DNA from: Candidatus Latescibacterota bacterium
GTDB taxonomy: Bacteria; Latescibacterota; CBDEFO01
DNA length: 64,000 nt
Direction of reading: 5' to 3'
NCBI GenBank assembly: GCA_965248755.1
Contig: OZ252149.1
Span: 1,600,001 to 1,664,000 of the forward strand
In this document: positions 19,705-30,972 of the stretch, piece after piece
Layout of the letters: each line of letters opens with the position of its first letter
Numbering within the stretch: the stretch's first letter is position 1
Program-made: the position numbers and the translations under genes
Notes under the pieces: model-generated
What the model saw: the letters and a program-made list of their open reading frames with translations, nothing else
Told to the model about the DNA's origin: nothing
Database searches by the model: none

Positions 19705-22032
19705 CTACCCTGTCCTGCCGAAGTTATCCAAAAAGATCACGAAGTCGGACAGACCGATCTCTTCGTTAGTATCCAAATTAAATGTGGGATCCCAATCCGG
19801 TGAATTGGTCGTCGCCCCGAACACATCTAGAAAAAGTACAAAATCGGAAAGACCTACTTCATTATCCCCGTCGAAATCTCCTACAAGTCCAGGGACACCA
19901 ACAGGGATATCAGACCTATTCAACAACACTGACACATTATCGCTGTTCCCATTAGCCACAGTTAGGTCATTATCACTATCTCCATCTAAATCTATACTAA
20001 AAAGTGAAAAGGGACTAATCTCAGTTCCATAGTTCACCTTGCCTGCAAATGTTCCATCTCCCTTATTCAGCATCACTGACACAGTATTGCTGCCGCCGTT
20101 TGCCACGGATAAGTCGTTGTCACCGTCTCCATCTAAATCTACACTGAAAACTGATCTGGGACCATCCTCGACGCCATAGTCCACTTTAGGTCCGAATGTT
20201 CCATCTCCGTTATTCATTAACACTGATACACTATTACTGGCCAGATTAGCTACAGTTAGGTCATTATCTCCATCTCCATCTAAGTCTACGCTGAAAACTG
20301 ATCTGGGACCGTTCCCAGTTCTATAGTCTACCTTGGTTACAAAAGTGCCATCTCCGTTATTCATTAACACTGATACACTATTACCACTCAGATTAGCTAC
20401 AATTAGGTCATTATAATCACCCACGTCTAAATCCGCAATGAATACTGAGATTGGACCTGTTCCAGTCCTATAGTCCACTTTAGGTGCGAATGTTCCATCT
20501 CCATTATTCAACAACACTGATACATTATCGCTGTCCACATTAGCCACAGCCAGGTCATTATCACCATCACCATCCAAATCTGCACTGAAAACTGAAAAGG
20601 GACTATCGCCAACGCCATAGTCCACTTTCAGTGCAAATGTACCATCTCCGTTATTTAACAACACTGACACATCATCGCTGTGCATGCTAACCACAGCCAG
20701 GTCACTATCTCGATCCCCATCTAAATCTGTACTGAAAACTGATCTGGGACCATCCCCGGCGCCATAGTCCATTTTAGGTGCAAATGTTGCATCTCCATTG
20801 TTCAACAGTACTGATACATTATTGCTCTGAAAATTAGCCACAGTCAGGTCATTATCTCCATCTCCATCTAAATCTGCACTGAAAACTGATCTGGGAGCAT
20901 CCCCGGCGTCATAGAGCGCCCTAGTTACAAATGTTCCATCTCCATTATTCAACAACACAGATACATTATTGCCGAAGTCATTAGCTGTAGTTAGGTCATT
21001 ATCTCCGTCTCCATCTAAATCTGCACTGTAAACTGATTTGGGGCCGTCCCCAATTATGTAGTTCACGTTGTCTGCAAATGTCCCGTCTCCGTTATTTAGC
21101 AGCACTGCCACATCATCGCTATCAAAATTAGCTACAGTCAGGTCATTATCTCCGTCTTCGTCTAAATCTGTGCTGAATACTGACACGGGACGCCTTCCGA
21201 CGTCGTATTCCACTTTAGCTGAAAATGTCCCGTCTCCATTATTCAACAACACAGATACATTATTGCCGAACTCATTAGCCACAGTCAGGTCATTATCTCC
21301 GTCTTCGTCTAAATCTATGCTGAACACTGACTGGGGACGCCTTCCGACGTCGTAGTCCACTTTGGCTGAAAATGTCCCGTCCCCATTATTCAACAACACA
21401 GATATATTATTATCGAGCCAGTTAGTTACAGCCAAGTCGCTATCTCCATCTCTATCTAAGTCTACGCCGGAAATTGATGTGGGAGTCCTCCCAGTCTCAT
21501 AGTCCACTTTAGTTCCGAATGTTCCATCTCCGTTATTCAGCAACACTGATACACTGTTGCTGCCCCCGTTTGCCACGCATAGGTCATTGTCACCGTCTCC
21601 ATCTAAATCTGCACTGAAAACTGATCTGGGACCGTTCCCAGTTCTATAGTTCAACCTGTCTGGAAATGTCCCGTTTCCATTGTTGAACAACACTGAAACA
21701 TTATCGTCATCCAAATTAGTCACAGTTAGGTCATTATCCCCATCTCCATCTAAATCCGCACTGTAAATTGAAAAGGGACCATCCCCAGAACCATAGTCGC
21801 GCCTGCCTGAAAATGTCCCATCTCCATTATTCAACAACACTGATATACCATTGGCGCCTCCAAGAGCCACGGCCAGATCGTTATCTCCATCTCCATCCAA
21901 ATCTGTGCTAAAGAGTGACGAGGGTTGCCGCCCGACTATATGGTCGGTAGGTCCGAATAGAATTTGTGCATGGACAGTCGTAGTCAAAGCGACCAGCAGT
22001 GTGAGGACAGTATAGGAAATTATATATCTCAT
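19705..22032 (-). CDS. Secreted FG-GAP/VCBS repeat protein (14 repeats of about 49 aa) with C-terminal dockerin/EF-hand-like domain
   Basis: Signal peptide from MRYIISY (ATG 22032, GGAGG RBS); 14 DLDGDGDNDLxVxN...VSVLLNNGDGTF repeats; tail GDFDGDNEVGLSDFVLFLDVFG...IGLSDFVIFLDNFG. Confidence 0.9.
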   Translation of the reverse strand: MRYIISYTVLTLLVALTTTVHAQILFGPTDHIVGRQPSSLFSTDLDGDGDNDLAVALGGANGISVLLNNGDGTFSGRRDYGSGDGPFSIYSADLDGDGDNDLTVTNLDDDNVSVLFNNGNGTFPDRLNYRTGNGPRSVFSADLDGDGDNDLCVANGGSNSVSVLLNNGDGTFGTKVDYETGRTPTSISGVDLDRDGDSDLAVTNWLDNNISVLLNNGDGTFSAKVDYDVGRRPQSVFSIDLDEDGDNDLTVANEFGNNVSVLLNNGDGTFSAKVEYDVGRRPVSVFSTDLDEDGDNDLTVANFDSDDVAVLLNNGDGTFADNVNYIIGDGPKSVYSADLDGDGDNDLTTANDFGNNVSVLLNNGDGTFVTRALYDAGDAPRSVFSADLDGDGDNDLTVANFQSNNVSVLLNNGDATFAPKMDYGAGDGPRSVFSTDLDGDRDSDLAVVSMHSDDVSVLLNNGDGTFALKVDYGVGDSPFSVFSADLDGDGDNDLAVANVDSDNVSVLLNNGDGTFAPKVDYRTGTGPISVFIADLDVGDYNDLIVANLSGNSVSVLMNNGDGTFVTKVDYRTGNGPRSVFSVDLDGDGDNDLTVANLASNSVSVLMNNGDGTFGPKVDYGVEDGPRSVFSVDLDGDGDNDLSVANGGSNTVSVMLNKGDGTFAGKVNYGTEISPFSLFSIDLDGDSDNDLTVANGNSDNVSVLLNRSDIPVGVPGLVGDFDGDNEVGLSDFVLFLDVFGATTNSPDWDPTFNLDTNEEIGLSDFVIFLDNFGRTG

Positions 22033-22180
22033 TTTAAGCCCTCCCCCTTCTCTAGACATGCAGCTTCTCAACCAGTTATTTTGTTTCCGATAATTGCCAT
22101 TTTTTGTCCTGGGCTCATCTTTATACAGTAAATCAAGATTATTCATATGGTCTCTAAGCCCTTTCAGAATAATTTGTCTC

Positions 22181-22860
22181 CTAAGTGGACCAAAATTTAT
22201 ATAGCCTCAAACCTGCGGTGACCAATTCAAAATCGAGGTTGACCTGCGAACTGATAGACCAAATCCTTGACCAGAATTCCTGTCTTATAGGGGTATCAAG
22301 GAAAAGGAGGAACAAAAAGATAATGATGAAGGTAAATGATCCCATATAACGAGTAAGCTTAAGTAGTAAATTGGGTAAAATAGGTTCTATGATCCCAAAC
22401 CCGTCAAGACCAGGAATTGGGAGCAGGTTGAATAAGAGCACGGTAATTTGCAAAAAGGCAAGCAGCGATAGACCAGCCCAGAATTCAGAACGATTGGACA
22501 CATCGACACTTACCAAACCTGTGTTGAATGGTACTAACAGAACGATGGTACACATAGCTGTGGCTGTAGGACCTGTGGCTGACATCAGACTGCGCATAAA
22601 TTTACTCCTTGTTGCTTCTATGTCGATGTAAACCGCACCACCTGGTAAACCAGTGCCTCCTATTGCTAGAAACACCATGGGTAGTAAGATGCTCAACAAA
22701 CCATGAGTATATTTGAGGGGATTGAGCGTAAAGTAACCTTTATTCGCTACATCTCTATCACCTTCCTAATAGGCTACAACCGCATGTCCAATTTCGTGCA
22801 AGCACAGCGAAACGATCCAGCCACCTGTTACGAAGCAGAATACCGTTAAACTGGGGTTGT
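22181..22860 (-). pseudogene. Site-2 protease (M50) with an internal stop codon
   Basis: Upstream frame reads SLCLHEIGHAVVAY*EGD...TLNPL (HExxH); downstream FNLLPIPGLDG; TAG at about 22766-22768. Confidence 0.8.
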
Positions 22861-23439
22861 TAGATAAATTTGCACAAAAGCTCACAGAGTCTCAAATAGA
22901 CAGCCCGTCAGAAATGGTCGTCAAATAGCCTAAAATCTAGATGCATATTAGTATCATAATTGGTTCAGGTATACATAACTTCCCAATTATGGGAACTAAA
23001 ATTCAAGGGCTAAAATGTTGAGACACCAGAAGCGATCTTTCACAAGGGGTATATACGAACTTCGGATAGCGCACCGAAATGGAAAGATATGCGAAATAGT
23101 AACGATTGGAGGTGTAACCAATGAATCTAGGGGAATTGAAAGCAAGGCTGATGGGCTTGTTTAGAGCTCCTTTTCTTTTTCTCTCCATAGTTAGCTCTAA
23201 TCGGAATTATCCTATGCATGATGTAGATGCGACTGTAAAGCTTTATAGGGAGTTCGAAAGCTTCGTACGATTGATAAGCACAGAAAACTGGTGTCCAACT
23301 AGTGTCCATAGCCTGTCAAAAGTGGTATAAAATCGTAAAAACTCATAATATTATATAGAAGTAATAAAGTCAAGTAAAATAGGGTCTTATCACGTATCTT
23401 GCTATCTTACAATACGTTAGATAAAGCCCCTTAAAGTAA

Positions 23440-23484
23440 CTTGTAATGAGCAGGTCAGGGTTTCGAGTCCCTTCGCCGGCTCCA
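23440..23484 (+). other. 3' half of tRNA-Thr(TGT), an att-site-like remnant
   Basis: CTTGTAA loop, TGAGCAGGTC, T-arm AGGGT-TTCGAGT-CCCTT, CGCCGGC-T-CCA; no 5' acceptor strand or D arm upstream. Confidence 0.8.
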
Positions 23485-23789
23485 GATATCTTGCGTAACA
23501 TAAAGCGCTTAAAATAAGTTATTTCCAGCTAAGTGCTTTTCTTTTTGCCCTTGTGTCCAAGCAGTGTCCGCTCAGGTTGGGCCCCCGGTAGATTCAATCG
23601 GGGGTCAACGGCGTACTTCAGTTGATTTAGGGCAAGGAGGGCTAGCCCTCCTCGGCTTTAGGTCTTCCCCGCCATTAAAACGGAAAACTGCATGGCCCAG
23701 GCACTGTCAATCAATTTAACGATAAAACCAGTCGCAGTGTAAGGCGTTCAGTTCAAGATCCGTATAGCCCGGCTCCGCTTCAAGTCTTT

Positions 23790-24045
23790 TCAGACACCAG
23801 GATGGTCTACCGCTTTGAGAAAGAGTCCTTCGGGCGTGTCACTGGGAGGGATGTGACCTGTGCCCCCAAGAAGGGCATCTTTGTCGTTATCAAGCCGCGG
23901 GAGGCATCCGTGCAGGCCCGCTGTGTACTTGCCCACTAACCGCTCAGATGCGGCACGAAGTTCTTCCAGTTCATCCTTTGAAAAAAACTGTAGCGAATCA
24001 AGTTACCTGTCTTTGGAAGTGCAGTTTCTCCGTAGATATCAGCAT
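23790..24045 (-). pseudogene. Degraded PhyH-like N-terminal fragment
   Basis: Across frameshifts reads MLISTEKLHFQRQ...FSKDELEELRAASERL, then stops. Confidence 0.4.
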
Positions 24046-24058
24046 GCCTTTCTTCCCT

Positions 24059-24799
24059 TTAAGAAAGCTGGAGGAGCTCTTTCGGATCTTTTCCCGGTAT
24101 CGTGGCATCGGATCGGACAAAGTGGCATACAAACGCTCGGCGCCATTTTTGGGTATTGTTCGGGGGTGAGAAATGCAGTGTCAATGAGTGGTGGAATATG
24201 ACACCGCCCGCTTTGATAGGAACGGCAACTGTTTTGTCCCGGTCGAAGTCATCGGGCACAAGATGCGGTGTGCCCGGGATCTCTTCGTGTGCGACAAGTC
24301 CGCGCTTGTGCGAGCCGGACAGATAGTGCATACAGCCGTTTTCGGTGGTGGCATCGTCCAGGGCGCACCAGCAGGTTGTGACTGCGTCCGCGGGTTCGAC
24401 GCGAAAGTAGGCGTTGTCCTGATGTGGCATCTTCTCCGATCCCACCATGGGGGGTTTTAGCAGAGCCTGGTCCGCATAGAGGCAAATGGGGTTTCCGATG
24501 ATATCCTCTACCAGCTCTAGCAACTCCCCCTCCGTTGCGTGCTCCCTGAAGACGGGTTCATAGGGAATGAGATTGTAGAACTTCCGCACCGACTTCTTTG
24601 CCTTGGACGTCGCTATTGTCCCTTCGATCTCTGCCTCCTGCTGCATACCTACCCTTCTTGCCTCTTCGCTATCCCAGGATTCGCATAGCTCTTCGATGCG
24701 CCTGCTCATCTTGTCAATGAACTTAGCAGGGACCACATTTTCAATAGCCAAAAAGCCGTTGTCCGCATAGAACGTTTTCTGCTCAGGTGTCAACCTCAT
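24059..24799 (-). CDS. Phytanoyl-CoA dioxygenase (PhyH) family protein
   Basis: PHQD, WCALDDATTENGCM, FHHSLTLHFSPPN...RRA. Confidence 0.92.
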   Translation of the reverse strand: MRLTPEQKTFYADNGFLAIENVVPAKFIDKMSRRIEELCESWDSEEARRVGMQQEAEIEGTIATSKAKKSVRKFYNLIPYEPVFREHATEGELLELVEDIIGNPICLYADQALLKPPMVGSEKMPHQDNAYFRVEPADAVTTCWCALDDATTENGCMHYLSGSHKRGLVAHEEIPGTPHLVPDDFDRDKTVAVPIKAGGVIFHHSLTLHFSPPNNTQKWRRAFVCHFVRSDATIPGKDPKELLQLS

Positions 24800-24828
24800 G
24801 CTTTCTGCTCCTTTCGAGGGGACTCTGG

Positions 24829-24869
24829 AATTTCACTTAGCATTTAGTGCAATTTCACTTAGCATTTAG
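24829..24869. repeat. Direct repeat, 2 x AATTTCACTTAGCATTTAG (22-bp period)
   Basis: Copies at 24829 and 24851, just upstream of the phyH start. Confidence 0.85.
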
Positions 24870-24938
24870 CGGAAAAGGAAAGTATAAGATTCCGCTTTTA
24901 GTTCGCTGATATACAAAATGGGATCTTATCACTGAATC

Positions 24939-25008
24939 AGGATTAGGTCTCAAGGATTGGGTCTCAAGGATTGGGTCTCAAGGATTAGGTCTCAAGGATT
25001 AGGTCTCA
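24939..25008. repeat. Tandem repeat, 5 x 14 bp AGGATTRGGTCTCA
   Basis: Five contiguous units differing only by A/G at position 7. Confidence 0.95.
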
Positions 25009-25019
25009 AATCTCCTAAT

Positions 25020-25283
25020 ATCTGCCACGACCCCTCCTTTGGCTACTTTTAGGTGGGCGAGCTTCGTATACTCTCCAAAGCACATCCGCTAAAATCGGTG
25101 CCGTCCAATGCCTCTTTTGCTTGTTCAGCTTACGATGAGTTGGACATCTCAACAAATCCAAAACCCTTAGCTTCGATCTATATTGACCTGTCTGACTTCA
25201 CCGTAGTTGGAAAATAACTCTTCCAACTCCTCATTAGTTACAGAATAACTAGGATTTCCTACATAGAGTGTGCTACCTTACAT
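25020..25283 (-). pseudogene. RRM RNA-binding protein pseudogene
   Basis: M*GSTLYVGNPSYSVTNEELEELFSNYGEVRQVNI, frameshift, EAKGFGFVEMS...AKEALDGTDF (RNP2 and RNP1 motifs). Confidence 0.8.
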
Positions 25284-25603
25284 TTTGACCTACTTTTTCT
25301 CCAACACCTATAAATAACGAATAGTTGCACTTTTGTCAAGTATTCTTTTCATGTCCCGATATAACCTTTTTCCAATCCAGTTCCTCCCAAGACGCACAAT
25401 TAGGCTCCTCTACGTCCAATAATGACGGTTCTTTTGGAGGTAGAAGCAAGATAGTTATTCTTACCTCTCTAACGGGAACACTATTAAACACAAGAGAACC
25501 AGCATTGAAGACTTATTTCGGAAAATCTAACTGAGTTTTCTTACCATCTGCCTTCGGTATTTATCCGCCATTTCATATAACATCCTCGGTCAAAGTTTTG
25601 CTG

Positions 25604-26716
25604 TCACATCCAGTTTCGAGAGTCCGGAACAGCAACCCAGGTCGAGCCCTGGGCGATGGACTGCTGACTTGTAAGCCCAGGCAGGGTCATATCCATGGCA
25701 CAATCTATACCGATCGGCGGTTCTTTGTCCTGCTTGATGGCCATAATGAAGTCGTGCACTTCCCAGTAGTCCCCTCCACCGTGTCCCGCTTTGAGGGCGG
25801 CCTCCGGCGGTTTTCTCCAGTACTCAGGCAGAAACTCCTCTTCGAGATTCTCAAGCGGCTCCCACCGGAGTTCCTCGCTTCGGGACCTCAGCCAGATCTT
25901 GGGGATACCTTTGTAGGCATCTGAGGATTCATAAGATCCGTCCGTCCCCTGAAGCACATAATGGGCCATATTGTGGGGGCGGTCGGAGAGCATATCGACC
26001 CGGATCTGGAGTAGAGCACCACTTGATAGACGACACATCATTGTGACTGAATCCTCTGTCTCGTAGCGATCTCCTCTCGGGTCCTTGTAGTGATGTCCTG
26101 TCCCCATGGCACAGACGGATACAACGCGCTGACCCTCGAACCACTGCAGCACCGGGCCCAGACTGTGGGTGCCATAGGTGCAGCCGTTTACGCCGGTCTG
26201 CCATCGGCGTCTCCAGGGGGTCTTCTCGTTTTGAGCCTTCAACTCGTGGATGTAGGCGCCTTCTGCGTAGTAGATATCACCTAACAGTCCTCTTTGCACC
26301 AGCTCTCTCACCAGGATATTGGGCTTCATATAGGTATAGTTCTCCGCCATCATATACCTCGCCTTGCTCTGTCTGGATGCTCGCACAAGGTCACGACACT
26401 CCTCTATTGATATCCCTGCGGGTACCTCGCTGATAACGTGCAGATCTCGCTCCAACGCCATAATCGACTGCGGCACATGGAAGTGCATGGGCGTCCCCAC
26501 AACCACAGCGTCGATCTTTCCCGAATCGAGCATATCTTCTGCGTCTGTGAACACGTGCTCTACGCCGATCTCTTCGGAAATTTGTCTCACCTTATCCTCT
26601 TGGATATCGCAAAGAGCGACAACTACAGCTTCAGGGTGCAATTGGAGGACTCTGGTAAAACCGTCCCCCCTGCCGGCAGCACCGATGATTCCGAACCGAA
26701 TCGTATCATCTTGCAC
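25604..26716 (-). CDS. Gfo/Idh/MocA oxidoreductase
   Basis: FGIIGAAGRG, VGTPMHFH, SEVP, MMAENY, GHGGGD. Confidence 0.9.
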   Translation of the reverse strand: MQDDTIRFGIIGAAGRGDGFTRVLQLHPEAVVVALCDIQEDKVRQISEEIGVEHVFTDAEDMLDSGKIDAVVVGTPMHFHVPQSIMALERDLHVISEVPAGISIEECRDLVRASRQSKARYMMAENYTYMKPNILVRELVQRGLLGDIYYAEGAYIHELKAQNEKTPWRRRWQTGVNGCTYGTHSLGPVLQWFEGQRVVSVCAMGTGHHYKDPRGDRYETEDSVTMMCRLSSGALLQIRVDMLSDRPHNMAHYVLQGTDGSYESSDAYKGIPKIWLRSRSEELRWEPLENLEEEFLPEYWRKPPEAALKAGHGGGDYWEVHDFIMAIKQDKEPPIGIDCAMDMTLPGLTSQQSIAQGSTWVAVPDSRNWM

Positions 26717-26816
26717 AATTAACCTCCCTGTTTAGCAGTAGATAGGAACAATCCTCTTTCCCCATCTATCCCCGATTGAGTCTGTCGGGGTTCGGAGGGA
26801 CACTAACTACTCGAAT

Positions 26817-27656
26817 TCACAGTCCCAATCCGTAAAGAACAATGCCCACGCCTAATCCGAACACTGTGCTGAACAACTTGATTAAGACTGCATCCTTCAA
26901 AGAGTGGGCCAAAAGGGGTAGCAGCGCATGTCCGTCCTGCACAAAGGAGCTAACAAAGAGCACAGAGAAGGGGACCACACCTTCTGCAAAGAGCATCACG
27001 AAGATCAGATGGGACCCCGATTGCGGGATTACTGCAATAAGTCCAGATAGTAACAGCACCAACATCATATGGTTCGTGACGAAGTCTCTCATATCCCAGT
27101 ATTCCAGACCGATGTGCACTAAGACTAATGCAGAAGATGTCCAGAGAAATACCTTCCACAGGTGTGTGCGCACGATGTGGATCCAAACATGAAGCCTTAT
27201 GTAGTGTCCGCCCGTCTCTTCTCCTTCATGATAGGCGTCCAACTGGCAGTCTTCGCTTACCCTAATATGAAGACGCGGTACGATCCGGTCTGTCAGCCAC
27301 CCGAACAATACACCTGCTACAAACAGGACAACAAATAGCAGAACTGCCTTACGGGGGAACATCGCCAGCATCACAAAGGCCTCATCTCCCGAGGTAGCGA
27401 TCATCCCGCCTACGATCGCCCCGAAGGTGAGTCCTCCGTGCACATATAGCGAGACATTGGTAAACGCCCCAAAACAGCCCGGTGTGGCCCCAACAAATGA
27501 GGCGATTATGTACTGGCGCCCTCTGCCTCCTTGAATAACGGCCTTAATCCGTCCCTTTGTGGCCACGTTTACTATGTCCAGGGCTACCATCATTCCGAAG
27601 ACCAGACTCGTAATCTCCAGTGCCTCTATTAGAACTTCTATAACCCAAGACTCCAT
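26817..27656 (-). CDS. Putative heavy-metal/manganese permease (ArsP_2-like)
   Basis: Multi-TM; GATPGCFGAF, ATSGDEAFVMLAMFP, QDGHALLPLL. Confidence 0.75.
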   Translation of the reverse strand: MESWVIEVLIEALEITSLVFGMMVALDIVNVATKGRIKAVIQGGRGRQYIIASFVGATPGCFGAFTNVSLYVHGGLTFGAIVGGMIATSGDEAFVMLAMFPRKAVLLFVVLFVAGVLFGWLTDRIVPRLHIRVSEDCQLDAYHEGEETGGHYIRLHVWIHIVRTHLWKVFLWTSSALVLVHIGLEYWDMRDFVTNHMMLVLLLSGLIAVIPQSGSHLIFVMLFAEGVVPFSVLFVSSFVQDGHALLPLLAHSLKDAVLIKLFSTVFGLGVGIVLYGLGL

Positions 27657-27862
27657 AGGCTCTTTCTTTGTCTGACAGTGGTTGAATCTATCTACTAAGT
27701 ATCGGTCACAATGATCTGCGCAAGCTTATGAAGATCCAAAATAGTAGACAGGATCAGATTGACCTGTCTACTGACTACGAGATTGGCTTCTCTTTCCCTG
27801 ATCTAATCTGTCGGGGACAGCGCGCTTAAAGTAGAAGGCGATAATTTTTTTCACAATACCTA

Positions 27863-27891
27863 TTGACATTATCCGATTTCCATTGTATCTT
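27863..27891 (+). promoter_or_regulatory. Sigma70-like promoter upstream of phyH
   Basis: TTGACA-17 nt-TATCTT. Confidence 0.55.
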
Positions 27892-27954
27892 TTTGACCAT
27901 AAGCTTATATATGTTAAGCTATTTCGGTTTTGCAAGGTTTAGATAGGGAGTTAT

Positions 27955-28818
27955 ATGCTTACACAAGAACAGGTCGACTTCTACCACAGAAACGGTTATA
28001 TCAGCATCGAAAATGTGCTTTCCGAAGAAGAGGTCACAGAACTTTGCCGGGTCACTGATGAATTCGTCGAAAAATCACGTCAGGTGAGAGAGCACACCGA
28101 TATTTTTGACCTCGAACCCGGACACACAGCACAAGAACCTCGCCTGCGCCGTCTCAAGAATCCGTCACAGAACCACCAGGTCTACAACAGCACTCTGCGC
28201 CACAGCCACGTCCTTACTATAGTCTCTCAATTAATCGGACCAGCTATTCGCTATTTCGGCGACAAACTCAATATGAAATCCTCCGAATTCGGCAGTCCAG
28301 TAGAATGGCACCAGGACTTTGCGTTCTATCCCCATACTAACGATGACCTCTTGGCCGTAGGTGTGGCTATTGACGATATGACAAAAGAGAACGGTTGCCT
28401 GCTGGTAATCCCAGGCTCCCATAAGGGCCCGATCTACAACCATCACCAAAACGGTTTTTTCGTCGGTGCTGTCACTGACCCCGACTTTGATCCTGACGGC
28501 GCCATTCCTCTTGAGGTCAGAGCCGGCGGCATTTCAATTCATCACGTCCGCACACTGCACGGTTCCGCTCCCAACGTCTCGAATAAGCCGCGCCGTCTGT
28601 TACTCCTTCAATACAACGCTGTTGACGCCTGGCCCCTTTTAGGAGTTCCTGATTGGGACGCTTTCAACGACTGCATTCTTCAAGGTGAGCCGACATACCA
28701 GCCGCGCCTTACCCAGATTCCCGTGCGCATTCCCCGTCCGTACAGCGATCACACTGGCTCTATCTACGAAGTCCAAAGCATCCTGGAACAGACTGTCTTT
28801 GGGAAGAAGGCTAAATGA
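27955..28818 (+). CDS. PhyH family dioxygenase
   Basis: KLNMK, WHQDFAFYPHTN, NGCLLVIPGSH, HHVRTLHGSAPN. Confidence 0.92.
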   Translation: MLTQEQVDFYHRNGYISIENVLSEEEVTELCRVTDEFVEKSRQVREHTDIFDLEPGHTAQEPRLRRLKNPSQNHQVYNSTLRHSHVLTIVSQLIGPAIRYFGDKLNMKSSEFGSPVEWHQDFAFYPHTNDDLLAVGVAIDDMTKENGCLLVIPGSHKGPIYNHHQNGFFVGAVTDPDFDPDGAIPLEVRAGGISIHHVRTLHGSAPNVSNKPRRLLLLQYNAVDAWPLLGVPDWDAFNDCILQGEPTYQPRLTQIPVRIPRPYSDHTGSIYEVQSILEQTVFGKKAK

Positions 28819-29010
28819 GACGATAGAAATATATGCGATTCTCCTGTTGCAGTCAAGTATAACCAGCGACGCTCATGTACTTTGTGCTCTAAAGGAACAC
28901 AGGTTCTAGGGTCACCCGTTCCGTTCGGATGTTGCCTCTTCGGCGGCATCGGTACTCCGTTCTGCCGCAAATATTCAGATTGAGTTGTTACCTCCGTATT
29001 ACCCCACCCC

Positions 29011-30972
29011 TTAATAAAATCCGAGGACATTTCTGTTCATCCCTGTGAAACAATCTATGACCAACCACATCCCCGCAACAAATACTGCTCCCAACACCAA
29101 TCCCAGGAAGAATGGTCTCGTCATCCTGTACAAGGGTGCCCCCCCATATTTGAGTATTATAGTCTTAAAGAGCCACGCCAAGAATACGCTGAACCATACC
29201 CAATTCATAGAATAGAACGTGCTGGTGGCAAATCCTAATGGGTGTACAGGCCACCACAAAAACCGATACCTGGCAAACGTCAAAAGACCCATCCTCCTAT
29301 GTTCGCCGCGACAGGATCGGAGAATTTGGGAGCTATATAGCTAAAAGCATTTCGGGGAACACCGATGAAAAAGTATTCGTGGAGATTGATCCCTCCGTGC
29401 TTGTAAGACAGATTGATAATCTCCCATATAGACCCTGCTAAGGTGACTGCTGCGGCTACTGCCACCGCCCATATCAGAGGTCTCTTATTCCCTTTTATCT
29501 CCTCTGCCAATTTTAAGGCATTGGCAAAACAGGGAATAAACAAGATCCGCAAATTTGCGCTCCAGACATACGTGAACGCCAGCCCTACCAGTCCGGATGA
29601 CCCCAAGACAGTGGTCCCCAATCCAGAAACGACGAAGCCTGAAGGTGTTATTGGCGACCTGATGACCGATGAACCTCCCTCGATCACCGCTCTGGTCAGG
29701 GCTGTAAATATAACAAAGACTGCAAATAGGAATATGGGGACAATCCAGATGGGAAGACCCGACTTCCAAAGCCAGATGCTCATAAGGAAAAGCCCGATCA
29801 AGAGCCCATAAACAGCTGTTCGATAAGATAGCACCTCCCCTGAATCATCTACATCCGGGTCTCCCCTGAGAGCCTTCCTGAACACATCTTTAAGATGTCC
29901 TCTGGCTACCCATAGCCCTCATAACACCAACACTATCATAGCTCCCATCGCCTGATGCGCAAGGTAAGGACCGGCCGCATTTGCATATGTGCTCAAATTC
30001 TCTGTGCTCTCAAAGCCAATAATGTTGAATATGCCCTTCTCTACTTTCAACAGAAGAAAAAAGAGCCAAATTCCCAACGCAATGTCGTGACTCAAAAGAT
30101 ACGCGTAACAGAGCAGAGTACGTTCAAATAGAAGAGGATCCACGTAGTATTCCTGAACAGCGGCACGCTCATGTATAATTCAATTTTCGGGATGAAATAG
30201 AAGTAATTGTGCAGGGCATTGAAACTCTGTATTATGAAGGGAACGGCAAAACCGATTCACATAACCGGATTCCTGAAAAAGGTTTGACAAGAGAGCGTCT
30301 CTCATCGTCCTGTATCATCTCGAGGGGGACCTGAACCAATGAATAGAGCAACCTCTCTTTTTCCATCCACTGCTTCCTCAAAATTATCATCACACATATC
30401 ATCACAAAATAGAGCGTGACAATAAACAGACACCAGTAGAATATCGGCTCAAACCACTCGTTTCAGGGCACAGCCTGGCCTCGGGGAAGACCCTCATAGA
30501 AATACCTTATCGCATCGGGCTCCCTAGGCGTTATCCACTCTGGCACGTTGGGGTGAATAAGGTATGCCCAGTCGTTTTCAGGGGTGGCATAATAGTAAAG
30601 ACCAGCGATGATAGGTAGAAGGTATTCGGAAAATCCGAAGGTGGGTATAGCTGTTGCGACCATCGCCATAATATAGACTGTAGCTAACTCTGCAGAGCTG
30701 ATGGCGAAGCTCCTTCTAAGGGCGACTGAAATCACGTTGATGATGGCAACAAAGATGTTGATGATGGCAACGAAGATGAAGAAGACAAGCAGGGCGGCAG
30801 GAGTGCTGTAACTTTGGGCAAGGAGTGTCCCCTTAATGATCATACTGGAATAGGGTACAGCAATACCTATAAAGAGTGATAACAGCGCTCCGATAAGAAT
30901 AGACCTGAATGTAATACCTGAAGTTTTTGTTGCTGCTGCGTTGGATGTAGTCTTTCTTTGTGTTGATGTCAT
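29011..30972 (-). pseudogene. DUF6785/DUF6784-type polytopic membrane protein broken into at least four ORFs
   Basis: Pieces 30463-30972, 29919-30143, 29280-29885 and 29011-29292 are colinear; motifs GITFRSILIG, ELATVYIM, WWPVHPLGF, RPFFLGLVLG. Confidence 0.75.

Noticed and set aside
19900..21960. 147-bp periodic DNA repeats as a non-coding array or DGR template
   Set aside because: Fully explained by 14 in-frame FG-GAP repeats; no reverse transcriptase in the window.
23121..23330. 69-aa ORF as an integrase C-terminus
   Set aside because: HDVDATVKLY only weakly resembles the integrase His/Tyr box; not enough to call.
23620..23850. Possible 6S RNA or riboswitch
   Set aside because: No recognisable conserved structure; part reads as a decayed coding frame. 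An Rfam search would settle it.
24939..25008. Possible CRISPR array
   Set aside because: 14-bp units are contiguous with no spacers, and no cas genes are present.
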